DNA of 64,000 nt from Macrostomum hystrix (Eukaryota; Animalia; Platyhelminthes), in NCBI GenBank assembly GCA_950097015.1, contig CATNEN010000039.1:11408001-11472000 (forward strand), read 5' to 3'. Made by a program: the position numbers and the translations under genes. The notes under the pieces were generated by a model. The model saw only the letters and a program-made list of their open reading frames with translations, made no database searches and was not told the DNA's origin. How positions within the stretch are numbered: the first letter of the stretch is position 1; every line of letters begins with the position of its first letter. Positions 1 through 12,500 of the stretch are shown here, piece by piece.

Positions 1-583
1 AAGATGGACGCCGACGTCGAGACGTTCGTCCGAGACTGCGGCGCCTGCGAGACAGCGGAGAAGAATTTCAAGCTGCGACCGGCTCTGCTGTCACCGTCTA
101 AGGACAACGCGGTTGCGCATACCGAGATGGCCCAGCGAATCCAAGAGCGCCAGCAGCGGACGGCAGCCTACACGGACCAGCGGCGAAGAGCGCGACCGCC
201 GGCACTGCGCGCCGGCGACTGGGTTCGGGTGCGGCGTCCAATACGACGGGGCAAGCTCGGAACGCGGCTCTCGGCGCCGCTTCGGATCGTCAAAACGATG
301 GGCGCTGCTTGCCGACTGACCGACGGCAGCACCTGGAATCAGCAGGCACTCGTACCAACATCGATGCGCCTGAGCCCCGAGACACCGGTGCCTGACGAGC
401 TCGACCCGCTCATCGACATTCAAGGACAGCACACGGTTCCGGACGATGGAGGCGGAGATCCCTTGCCTGCACCGGATCCAGCACAGGGACTAGCGACCCC
501 GCCGGTACGACGATCCGGTCGGCCGAGGCGACCTGTGCAGCGTTATGGCTTCTGACTGACTGATTTTGCGGAGAGGGGGAAGA
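1..583 (+). mobile_element. 3' end of Ty3/Gypsy-type LTR retrotransposon pol (integrase with catalytic core deleted) plus polypurine tract
   Basis: ORF 4-555 has the second half of an integrase HHCC zinc finger (MDADVETFVRDCGAC) and then an integrase C-terminal region (GDWVRVRRP...RRSGRPRRPVQRY). A purine tract GGAGAGGGGGAAGA (570-583) directly precedes the LTR. Confidence 0.85.
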
Positions 584-839
584 TGTTGTGTATTGACTGA
601 CTGAATGCTAATTTACGCATACTGCCACTATGAGTAGTGCAGTGAGGAAGCTAGTAGTTTCTAGAACCTTCTGTAGCCAGAATATTCTAGAACCTTCTAT
701 AGTCCGTGTTTTCTAGAACTTTCGATTTAACATATCAGCTACTTATAAATATACGGACACAAAGCTATCACAAAAAGGATAACTGCTCAATTTGGAATCT
801 GCCAACAAATCCGTTGTTCCCTTCGTTCACTACATAACA
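584..839 (+). mobile_element. 3' LTR (about 256 bp)
   Basis: Starts TGTTGTGTA right after the PPT and ends TACATAACA: TG...CA with a 9-bp terminal inverted repeat, 1 mismatch. Internal TATAAATA at 744-751. Confidence 0.8.
659..751 (+). promoter_or_regulatory. Three heat-shock elements plus TATA box inside the LTR
   Basis: TTC-TA-GAA-CC-TTC (659-671), GAA-TA-TTC-TA-GAA-CC-TTC (680-697) and TTC-TA-GAA-CT-TTC (711-723) all match the alternating nGAAn HSF consensus. TATAAATA follows at 744. Confidence 0.7.
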
Positions 840-1008
840 GACATTGCAGTGGGGTCGGTGACGAAGGAGTGGGTTTGGTGACACGGAAGTGGGCTTGGTG
901 ACGGTGGAGTGTGTGATTGGATCAGATTGTTTCAGATTGTGATTTGAAAAGTGATCGCTTTTTTAAGATCAGGTTTATTTTTTGACTTTGTGGCCTTACA
1001 GAATTTAC

Positions 1009-4000
1009 CTGCAGTTGCATGAGCAGTAGCACTGGATACCTGGCGTATTTTGGTCTCACAGCCGGAGTTACTTTGGTGTTGTCGCACAACGCTAGCATGG
1101 CGCACACCTGCTTCGGCTCCTTCGCGTTTAAGAAAACGAAAGAGATAAGATCAAATGGCACCACCGAACTAAACATTAGGCTACAAGCTTATCAATATAC
1201 AGCTATAAACTAGCCCTGATATGAATGCAGATGTGAGAGATTTAAAAAGACAACATGCGAAAGCTTTTGACCTATTGTCAGTATAGCTCGATACCTGCAA
1301 TATACGATACAACAAAGCTAATGATTGCCCCACTGTAACACCTGACAGTGCAATGATGATTGCCCCACTGTGACACCTGACAGTGCAATAATGATTGCCC
1401 CACTGTGACACCTGACAGTGCAATGATGATTGCCCCACTGTGACACCTGACAGTGCAATGATGATTGCCCCACTGTGACACCTGACAGTGCAATGATGAT
1501 TGCCCCACTGTAACACCTGACAGTGCAATGATGATTGCCCCACTGTGACACCTGACAGTGCAATGATGATTGCCCCACTATGACACCTGACAGTGCAATG
1601 ATGATTGCCCCACTGTGACACCTGACAGTGCAATGATGATTGCCCCACTGTAACACCTGACAGTGCAATGATGATTGCCCCACTGTGACACCTGACAGTG
1701 CAATGATGATTGCCCCACTGTAACACCTGACAGTGCAATGATGATTGCCCCACTGTGACACCTGACAGTGCAATGATGATTGCCCCACTGTAACACCTGA
1801 CAGTGCAATGATGATTGCCCCACTGTAACACCTGACAGTGCAATGATGATTGCCCCACTGTGACACCTGACACTGCAATGATGATTGCCCCACTGTGACA
1901 CCTGACAGTGCAATAATGATATAATGACCCACCAAATTACCTGACCCACCCAGCCAGCCACCGAAAGATTTTAGATTCGAAATGAATTTTTCAACTCGGA
2001 CTCACGGCACCGACTCTCAGGGCACGGATAATCTCAGCCAGGTAGATGTCAACGAGAGCCTCTAGAGCTTCGATAGTCTCCAATCTCAGCTGGTCTCTCG
2101 GCAGACGCTGTTTTAACAGCTTAGCGATGGCATCGTCAGTCGGCTGCTGCTGCAGGGCCACCTTGGCGTCGATCAAAGAAGCTTGGCACACACTGCAGGC
2201 AGCAGCAGCAGCCGTATCTGCCACGGGAACTGAAACCGCACTGGAAGGCCTGTGAAAAGAAGAAGAAAAGAAGACCTTTTCTCTGACAGTCTGATTCTCT
2301 GACTCTCTTTGACCAACTGACAGTCTCATTCTCTGACTCTCTTTGACCAACTGACAGTCCCATTCTCTGACTCTCTTTAACCAACTGACAGTCCCATTCT
2401 CTGACTCTCTTTAACCAACTGACAGTCCCATTCTCTGACTCTCTTTGACCAACTGACAGTCCCATTCTCTGACTCTCTTTGACAAACTGACAGTCCTATT
2501 CTCTGACTCTCTTTGACCAACTGACAGTCCCATTCTCTGACTCTCTTTGACCAACTGACAGTCCCATTCTCTGACTCTCTTTGACCAACTGACAGTCTGA
2601 TTCTCTGACTCTCTTTGACCAACTGACAGTCTGATTCTCTGACTCTCTTTAACCAACTGACAGTCTGATTCTCTGACTCTCTTTGACAAACTGACAGTCC
2701 TATTCTCTGACTCTCTTTGACCAACTGACAGTCCCATTCTCTGACTCTCTTTGACCAACTGACAGTCCCATTCTCTGACTCTCTTTGACCAACTGACAGT
2801 CCCATTCTCTGACTCTCTTAGACCAACTGACAGTCCCATTCTCTGACTCACTTTGACCAACTGACAGTCTGATTCTCTGACTCTCTTTAACCAACTGACA
2901 GTCTGATTCTCTGACTCTCTTTAACCAACTGACAGTCTCATTCTCTGACTCTCTTTGACCAACTGACAGTCTCATTCTCTGACTCTCTTTGACCAACTGA
3001 CAGTCTCATTCTCTGACTCTCTTTGACCAACTGACAGTCTCATTCTCTGACTCTCTTTGACCAACTGACAGTCTCATTCTCTGACTCTCTTTGACCAACC
3101 AACTGACAGTCTCATTCTCTGACTCTCTTTGACCAACTGACAGTCTCATTCTCTGACTCTCTTTGACCAACTGACAGTCTCATTCTCTGACTCTCTTTGA
3201 CCAACTGACAGTCTCATTCTCTGACTCTCTTTGACCAACTGACAGTCTCATTCTCTGACTCTCTTTAACCAACTGACAGTCTCATTCTCTGACTCTCTTT
3301 GACCAACTGACAGTCTCATTCTCTGACTCTCTTTGACCAACTGACAGTCTCATTCTCTGACTCTCTTTGACCAACTGACAGTCTCATTCTCTGACTCTCT
3401 TTGACCAACTGACAGTCCCATTCTCTGACTCACTTTGACCAACTGACAGTCTCATTCTCTGACTCTCTTTGACAAACTGACAGTCTCATTCTCTGACTCT
3501 CTTTGACCAACTCACAGTCCCATTCTCTGACTCACTTTGACAAACTGACAGTCTCATTCTCTGACTCTCTTTGACCAACTGACAGTCTGATTCTCTGACT
3601 CACTTTGACCAACTGACAGTCTGATTCTATGACTCTCTTTGACCAACTCACAGTCCCATTCTCTGACTCTCTTTGACCAACTGACAGTCCCATTCTCTGA
3701 CTCTCTTTGACCAACTGACAGTCCCATTCTCTGACTCTCTTTGACCAACTGACAGTCCCATTCTCTGACTCACTTTGACCAACTGACAGTCTCATTCACT
3801 GACTCACTTTGACCAACTGACAGTCTCATTCACTGACTCACTTTGACCAACTGACAGTCCCATTCTCTGACTCTCTTTGACCAACTGACAGTCTCATTCT
3901 CTGACTCTCTTTGACCAACTGACAGTCTCATTCTCTGACTCTCTTTGACCAACTGACAGTCTCATTCACTGACTCACTTTGACAAACTGACAGTCTGATT

Positions 4001-5610
4001 CTCTGACTCTCTTTGACCAACTGACAGTCCCATTCTCTGACTCTCTTTGACCAACTGACAGTCCCATTCTCTGACTCACTTTGACCAACTGACAGTCTCA
4101 TTCACTGACTCACTTTGACCAACTGACAGTCTCATTCACTGACTCACTTTGACCAACTGACAGTCCCATTCTCTGACTCTCTTTGACCAACTGACAGTCT
4201 CATTCTCTGACTCTCTTTGACCAACTGACAGTCTCATTCTCTGACTCTCTTTGACAAACTGACAGTCCTATTCTCTGACTCTCTTTGACCAACTGACAGT
4301 CCCATTCTCTGACTCTCTTTGACCAACTGACAGTCCCATTCTCTGACTCTCTTTGACCAACTGACAGTCCCATTCTCTGACTCTCTTTGACCAACTGACA
4401 GTCCCATTCTCTGACTCTCTTTAACCAACTGACAGTCCCATTCTCTGACTCTCTTTAACCAACTGACAGCACCATTCTCTGACTCTCTTTGACCAACTGA
4501 CAGTCTCATTCTCTGACTCTCTTTGACCAACTGACAGTCTCATTCTCTGACTCTCTTTGACCAACTGACAGTCTCATTCTCTGACTCTCTTTGACCAACT
4601 GACAGTCTCATTCTCTGACTCTCTTTGACCAACTGACAGTCTCATTCACTGACTCTCTTAGACCAACTGACAGTCCCATTCTCTGACTCACTTTGACCAA
4701 CTGTCAGTCCCATTCTCTGACTCTCTTTGACCGACTGACAGTCTCATTCACTGACTCTCTTTGACCAACTGACAGTCTCATTCTCTGACTCTCTTTGACC
4801 AACTGACAGTCTCATTCTCTGACTCTCTTTGACCAACTGACAGTCTCATTCTCTGACTCTCTTTGACCAACTGACAGTCCCATTCTCTGACTCTCTTAGA
4901 CCAACTGACAGTCCCATTCTCTGACTCACTTTGACCAACTGACAGTCCCATTCTCTGACTCTCTTTAACCAACTGACAGTCCCATTCTCTGACTCTCTTT
5001 AACCAACTGACAGCACCATTCTCTGACTCTCTTTGACCAACTGACAGTCTCATTCTCTGACTCTCTTTGACCAACTGACAGTCTCATTCTCTGACTCTCT
5101 TTGACCAACTGACAGTCTCATTCTCTGACTCTCTTTGACCAACTGACAGTCTCATTCTCTGACTCTCTTTGACCAACTGACAGTCTCATTCTCTGACTCT
5201 CTTTGACCAACTGACAGTCCCATTCTCTGACTCTCTTTGACCAACTGACAGTCTGATTCTCTGACTCTCAGTAAGTTTTTTCTTAAAAAAACGGAGCGAT
5301 TTCCTACTTCAGGACTGCAGCATCGTCTGTCCTGACGACCCTCCGCTTGGTAGTTCGCGCCCAAAGTTGGCGGCAGAATTCGGTGGCGCCGCAGCTCCTG
5401 GCAGCCGTGTCGTTGGAGCACCAGTAGCCAGGACCAAGCGCGCAGCTGTGGCTAGCGGAGCTGGACGTCAGGGCTTCAAAAAAGTTAGCAATTTGTAGTT
5501 CGGACATGAGTTTTGAAAAACGGCTAGAATATAGTGTAAACATCGCGGCTGTTACCATCAACTGCTGTCAGCGCGAAGATCGCTACGAAAAAAGCTTCTA
5601 AGCCACGCAT
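1009..5610 (-). CDS. PSAP: Prosaposin/saposin-like precursor, 5' part (continues beyond 1009 through an intron holding the LTR element)
   Basis: Phase-compatible exons 5610-5556 (signal peptide MRGLEAFFVAIFALTAVD), 5473-5308 (SapA: CALGPGYWCSN...CGATEFC..LW), 2249-2006 and 1119-1009 (SapB: CSVC...EPKQVCAMLALC), all with GT/AG boundaries. Confidence 0.8.
1321..1918. repeat. 35-bp minisatellite, about 17 copies, intronic
   Basis: Unit CACTGT(G/A)ACACCTGACAGTGCAATGATGATTGCCC, inside prosaposin intron 1120-2005. Confidence 0.95.
2281..5270. repeat. 34-bp minisatellite, about 88 copies, filling a prosaposin intron
   Basis: Unit CCAACTGACAGTC(C/T)CATTCTCTGACTCTCTTTGA. The intron spans 2250-5307. 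Confidence 0.95.
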
Positions 5611-6583
5611 CTTCACAAAGTTAAGACGCTTTCGCGAGTAATTGCTTTATAGACAATTAATCTACGAGTTGATAATATGAAGAAAACTAATGTGGTTTCG
5701 TAAATGGTTTAAATTCGCGCGAAACTTGTAATTTCACTTCATTTTATCAAGTTGTAAAATTACGACTTAATCTTTGAAAAAGAGTTACAATTTTTTACTA
5801 TTTCCTTTAGCGTTTTAAAAGAGAAATATCTAGCAAAGTCCGGTCATTTTTTCTGGCCCAACTGTCGTAATATTTTCGCGTGGATTTAATTTAATATCCA
5901 AAAAAATCTATATTTTTAAAGCCTTAATTTACGTAACCTGTTCTGATTAGCTTGATTTTGCTTTTGGTTTAACTAAAAACACTGGAACTTTGCCCATGAG
6001 TTGAAAAGACTGCCACCAGTGTAGAGAAAGGCACAGAGTACAGTCCCGAGACACTTTTCATCATAGATAAACAGTGAATCTCAGCTTGGCTATGCCTGTC
6101 GTTAGCCTCGCCGCGAGGTTCGATGTTGAATTTGTACCTGTACGGCCCAGGAGCAGAATGGATTAGAGGAACATATTCAAAACATATTCTTTGAAACAGA
6201 TAGTTGCCCTACATCGGACTCAAAAAGTAAAGCCACTCAACTAAAACAGGGTGCGTTGCGTACATTCTTGACAATACAAAATTGAACAACTAACTTTGTC
6301 CAGAAATATCTTTTTTATTTTTAATAAACAAAAAAATAGCATTCGATTGCTAAAGCAAGTACACCTTGATTAATTGAAATAAGTACATGAAGTTGCAAAA
6401 GGTTTTTGAAACCTGTCAAAATAAATTTATATAAATATCAACAGATGCGAGAGTGAAGTAAAAATGTAAATGAATAAACCAAGTGTTAGATTTGAGATAG
6501 CCGAGTACATTCAGTAAAACACAGGTGTGTGGTGCCCAGTCAGAGATTAGCACCATCGAGAAGTACAAGTTCAGCTGGAGAAG

Positions 6584-9500
6584 TCACACTGGAGACTGCA
6601 GCTGGCTGACGCCGAGCAGCTCGGAGCCTCCGCCAACCCCCGCGTCAACTTCGTCAGCATCTTCGCTGTCTGCCTCAGGCATCGCCAGCTTCAAGTCGAC
6701 GTCGTCCTCCGTATCGGCGATGTCAGTGACTATTTCAGTGTGACTAGGATAAACTGATTGAGCGTTCGCCGCGTCAGGCGCCATGGAATCCTCGGCGCTG
6801 CTGGAAGGCGGAGATGATCCGGACGCTGCCGGAGCCAGCGGCGGTAGGTCCAAGCGGCCGCGCTTAACCTTGGCGCGGTGGTTCTTGAACCACAGCTGTA
6901 CATTCTTGGCCTCCAATGGAGGCTGCTTCTGGCGGAACGGCATCTGGTTCAGCGCCTCGGCATACTGCGCGAACTGAGCGGAGGTCGGATGCGACTCCTG
7001 GTTGAACCAGACCTCCAGCTGGGGAATCTCCGTGGCCGGGTCGATAAAAATTCTGGTGCGACGCCGCTTGTCACCTGGGGTGGATTCGTTCGATTATATT
7101 CGAGTGTGAGTTTGTGCAAATACAGCAGTGTTTGTGCCTGCGTTAATACGTCTTCGTGTGTGCTCAGGAGTCAGCGGAATGGGCAGAATTGCCTCTCCGC
7201 TGGCTGCGGGTCTATTGTCATCAGATAATGCGCCAGTGCCCGCTGCAAGTGCAGGAAATGCTGATACTGTTACCAATTTTACAACCGGGAATTAAATTGC
7301 TCAAAGAATAGATTTTTTCCAATAAACATAGATTCGAACTCCTGATCTCGACCTCTTGGAACTGCAAGATTCTAAGCTTTTTAGGATCAGATGATTCGAA
7401 TAGGATTTGTTCACCTGCCATGGACGCTGCCATTAGCAGGTCATCGGAGCCGGGTGGAATCAGTGCAGATGAATCCATGCAGCCCATATCGCTGCTGTTA
7501 TAGCTGACAGGAGTGTCATTGTTATTATTGCTCTGACTGCCTCCGGTCACGCCAAAGTCCGCGCTGTCGCCTTGCAGCGTGACAATTATTGGCCTAGCAA
7601 CCGGTCTGACAGCTTTCAACCGCTGCCTGCTGGAGTTGCTGCGAAAGCGCTCAGTGAGGCGGCCGAGGGCCGACACCCCGCGCTCCCGACGCTCCTCGCC
7701 AACATCCGCTTCCGCACCTGCTCCGTCGCCAGCTTCCGCTTCGTCGGCTTCATCGCCATGAACGCTTTGATCTTCGCCGAGGATGAGGCTGCCTCGACTA
7801 CTGACGGGCGCTGAGCCAACGGCCTGGGCTGGCAGCAGCTGGTGGGGCGAGATCAAAGCGAAGATGCCTGCGCTAGTGGCTGCTAGGTGCACCTGCTGCT
7901 GCTGCTGCTGCTGCTGGCAGCCGCGGGACACCTGCTCCAGGTATTGAAGACAGACACGACTGTGCCAGTCGCTAAAATCGCGTCTGGCCTTGTAGGCGAA
8001 TTCGAAATCGTCTGGCGACGTGAGAAAATCTGCGATTAGGGCCTGAATGAACGGGGGAGGGTTTGTCACTGACCAAGGGATCATTGAAGAAAAGAGTTGG
8101 ATCACTGAGTAATCATTGAAGAAAAGAGTTGGATCGCTGAGTAATCATTGAAGAAAAGAGTTGGATCACTGAGTAATCATTGAAGAAAAGAGTTGGATCA
8201 CTGAATAATCATTGAAGAAAAGAATTGGATCGCTGAGTAATCATTGAAGAAAAGAGTTGGATCACTGAGTAATCATTGAAGAAAAGAGTTGGATCACTGA
8301 GTGATCATTGAAGAAAAGAGTTGGATCACTGAGTGATCATTGAAGAAAAGAGTTGGATCACTGAGTAATCATTGAAGAAATGACTTGGATCACTGAGTAA
8401 TCATTGAAGAAATGAATTGGATCACTGAGTAATCATTGAAGAAAAGAGTTGGATCACTGAGTAATCATTGAAGAAATGACTTGGATCACTGAGTAATCAT
8501 TGAAGAAATGAATTGGATCACTGAGTAATCATTGAAGAAAAGAGTTGGATCACTGAGTAATCATTGAAGAAATGAATTGGATCACTGAGTAATCATTGAA
8601 GAAATGAATTGGATCACTGAGTAATCATTGAAGAAAAGAGTTGGATCACTGAGTAATCATTGAAGAAAAGAGTTGGATCACTGAGTAATCATTGAAGAAA
8701 TGAATTGGATCACTGAGTAATCATTGAAGAAAAGAGTTGGATCACTGAGTAATCATTGAAGAAATGACTTGGATCACTGAGTAATCATTGAAGAAAAGAG
8801 TTGGATCACTGAGTAATCATTGAAGAAATGACTTGGATCACTGAGTAATCATTGAAGAAATAACTTGGATCACTGAGTAATCATTGAAGAAAAGAGTTGG
8901 ATCACTGAGTAATCATTGAAGAAATGACTTGGATCACTGAGTAATCATTGAAGAAAAGAGTTGGATCACTGAGTAATCATTGAAGAAATGACTTGGATCA
9001 CTGAGTAATCATTGAAGAAATGAATTGGATCACTGAGTAATCATTGAAGAAAAGAGTTGGATCACTGAGTAATCATTGAAGAAATGAATTGGATCACTGA
9101 GTAATCATTGAAGAAATGAATTGGATCACTGAGTAATCATTGAAGAAAAGAGTTGGATCACTGAGTAATCATTGAAGAAAAGAGTTGGATCACTGAGTAA
9201 TCATTGAAGAAAAGAGTTGGATCACTGAGTAATCATTGAAGAAATGAATTGGATCACTGAGTAATCATTGAAGAAATGACTTGGATCACTGAGTAATCAT
9301 TGAAGAAATGAATTGGATCACTGAGTAATCATTGAAGAAAAGAGTTGGATCACTGAGTAATCATTGAAGAAATGAATTGGATCACTGAGTAATCATTGAA
9401 GAAATGAATTGGATCACTGAGTAATCATTGAAGAAAAGAGTTGGATCACTGAGTAATCATTGAAGAAAAGAGTTGGATCACTGAGTAATCATTGAAGAAA

Positions 9501-12500
9501 AGAGTTGGATCACTGAGTAATCATTGAAGAAAAGAGTTGGATCACTGAGTAATCATTGAAGAAATGACTTGGATCACTGAGTAATCATTGAAGAAAAGAG
9601 TTGGATCACTGAGTAATCATTGAAGAAATGACTTGGATCACTGAGTAATCATTGAAGAAAAGAGTTGGATCACTGAGTAATCATTGAAGAAAAGAGTTGG
9701 ATCACTGAGTAATCATTGAAGAAATGAATTGGATCACTGAGTAATCATTGAAGAAAAGAGTTGGATCACTGAGTAATCATTGAAGAAATGAATTGGATCA
9801 CTGAGTAATCATTGAAGAAAAGAGTTGGATCACTGAGTAATCATTGAAGAAATGACTTGGATCACTGAGTAATCATTGAAGAAATGAATTGGATCACTGA
9901 GTAATCATTGAAGAAAAGAGTTGGATCACTGAGTAATCATTGAAGAAAAGAGTTGGATCACTGAGTAATCATTGAAGAAATGAATTGGATCACTGAGTAA
10001 TCATTGAAGAAATGAATTGGATCACTGAGTAATCATTGAAGAAATGACTTGGATCACTGAGTAATCATTGAAGAAAAGAGTTGGATCACTGAGTAATCAT
10101 TGAAGAAAAGAGTTGGATCACTGAGTAATCATTGAAGAAAAGAGTTGGATCACTGAGTAATCATTGAAGAAATGAATTGGATCACTGAGTAATCATTGAA
10201 GAAAAGAGTTGGATCACTGAGTAATCATTGAAGAAATGAATTGGATCACTGAGTAATCATTGAAGAAATGAATTGGATCACTGAGTAATCATTGAAGAAA
10301 TGAATTGGATCACTGAGTAATCATTGAAGAAATGAATTGGATCACTGAGTAATCATTGAAGAAAAGAGTTGGATCACTGAGTAATCATTGAAGAAATGAG
10401 TTGGATCACTGAGTAATCATTGAAGAAATGAATTGGATCACTGAGTAATCATTGAAGAAATGACTTGGATCACTGAGTAATCATTGAAGAAAAGAGTTGG
10501 ATCACTGAGTAATCATTGAAGAAAAGAGTTGGATCACTGAGTAATCATTGAAGAAAAGAGTTGGATCACTGAGTAATCATGGAAGAAATGAATTGGATCA
10601 CTGAATAATCATTGAAGAAATGAATTGGATCACTGAGTAATCATGGAAGAAATGAATTGGATCACTGAGTAATCATTGAAGAAATGAATTGGATCACTGA
10701 GTAATCATTGAAGAAATGAATTGGATCACTGAGTAATCATTGAAGAAATGAATTGGATCACTGAGTAATCATTGAAGAAATGAATTGGATCACTGAGTAA
10801 TCATTGAAGAAATGAATTGGATCACTGAGTAATCATTGAAGAAATGAATTGGATCACTGAGTAATCATTGAAGAAAAGAGTTGGATCACTGAGTAATCAT
10901 TGAAGAAATGAATTGGATCACTGAGTAATCATTGAAGAAATGAATTGGATCACTGAGTAATCATTGAAGAAATGAGTTGGATCACTGAGTAATCATTGAA
11001 GAAAAGAGTTGGATCACTGAGTAATCATTGAAGAAAAGAGTTGGATCACTGAGTAATCATTGAAGAAATGAATTGGATCACTGAGTAATCATTGAAGAAA
11101 TGAATTGGATCACTGAGTAATCATGGAAGAAATGAATTGGATCACTGAGTAATCATTGAAGAAATGAATTGGATCACTGAGTAATCATGGAAGAAATGAA
11201 TTGGATCACTGAGTAATCATTGAAGAAATGAGTTGGATCACTGAGTAATCATGGAAGAAATGAATTGGATCACTGAGTAATCATTGAAGAAATGAATTGG
11301 ATCACTGAGTAATCATAGAAGAAATGAATTGGATCACTGAGTAATCATTGAAGAAATGACTTGGATCACTGAGTAATCATTGAAGAAATGAATTGGATCA
11401 CTGAATAATCATTGAAGAAATGAATTGGATCACTGAATAATCATTGAAGAAATGAATTGGATCACTGAGTAATCATAGAAGAAATGAATTGGATCACTGA
11501 GTAATCATTGAAGAAATGAATTGGATCACTGAGTAATCATGGAAGAAATGAATTGGATCACTGAGTAATCATTGAAGAAATGAATTGGATCACTGAGTAA
11601 TCATTGAAGAAATGACTTGGATCACTGAGTAATCATTGAAGAAATGACTTGGATCACTGAGTAATCATTGAAGAAAAGAGTTGGATCACTGAGTAATCAT
11701 TGAAGAAAAGAATTGGATCACTGAGTAATCATTGAAGAAATGAATTGGATCACTGAGTAATCATTGAAGAAATGACTTGGATCACTGAGTAATCATTGAA
11801 GAAATGACTTGGATCACTGAGTAATCATTGAAGAAAAGAGTTGGATCACTGAGTAATCATTGAAGAAATGAATTGGATCACTGAGTAATCATTGAAGAAA
11901 AGAATTGGATCACTGAGTAATCATTGAAGAAATGAATTGGATCACTGAGTAATCATTGAAGAAAAGAGTTGGATCACTGAGTAATCATTGAAGAAAAGAG
12001 TTGGATCACTGAGTAATCATTGAAGAAAAGAGTTAGATCACTGAGTAATCATTGAAGAAAAGAGTTGGATCACTGAGTAATCTTTGAAGAAAAGAATTGG
12101 ATCACTGAGTAATCATTGAAGAAAAGAATTGGATCACTGAGTAATCATTGAAGAAAAGAGTTGGATCACTGAGTAATCATTGAAGAAAAGAGTTGGATCA
12201 CTGAGTAATCATTGAAGAAAAGAATTGGATCACTGAGTAATCATTGAAGAAATGAATTGGATCACTGAGTAATCATTGAAGAAAAGAGTTGGATCACTGA
12301 GTAATCATTGAAAAAATGAATTGGATCACTGAGTAATCATTGAAGAAAAGAGTTGGATCACTGAGTAATCATTGAAGAAATGAATTGGATCACTGAGTAA
12401 TCATTGAAGAAAAGAGTTGGATCACTGAGTAATCATTGAAGAAATGAATTGGATCACTGAGTAATCATTGAAGAAATGAATTGGATCACTGAGTAATCAT

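Noticed and set aside
1360-1900. V(D)J/Transib RSS heptamers (CACTGTG) in the 35-bp array
   Set aside because: There is no nonamer at 12/23 spacing and no RAG-like or Transib gene in the window.
1181-5074. Long repetitive ORFs over the 35- and 34-bp arrays
   Set aside because: They arise in several frames from stop-poor units whose length is not a multiple of 3, and they lie inside prosaposin introns.
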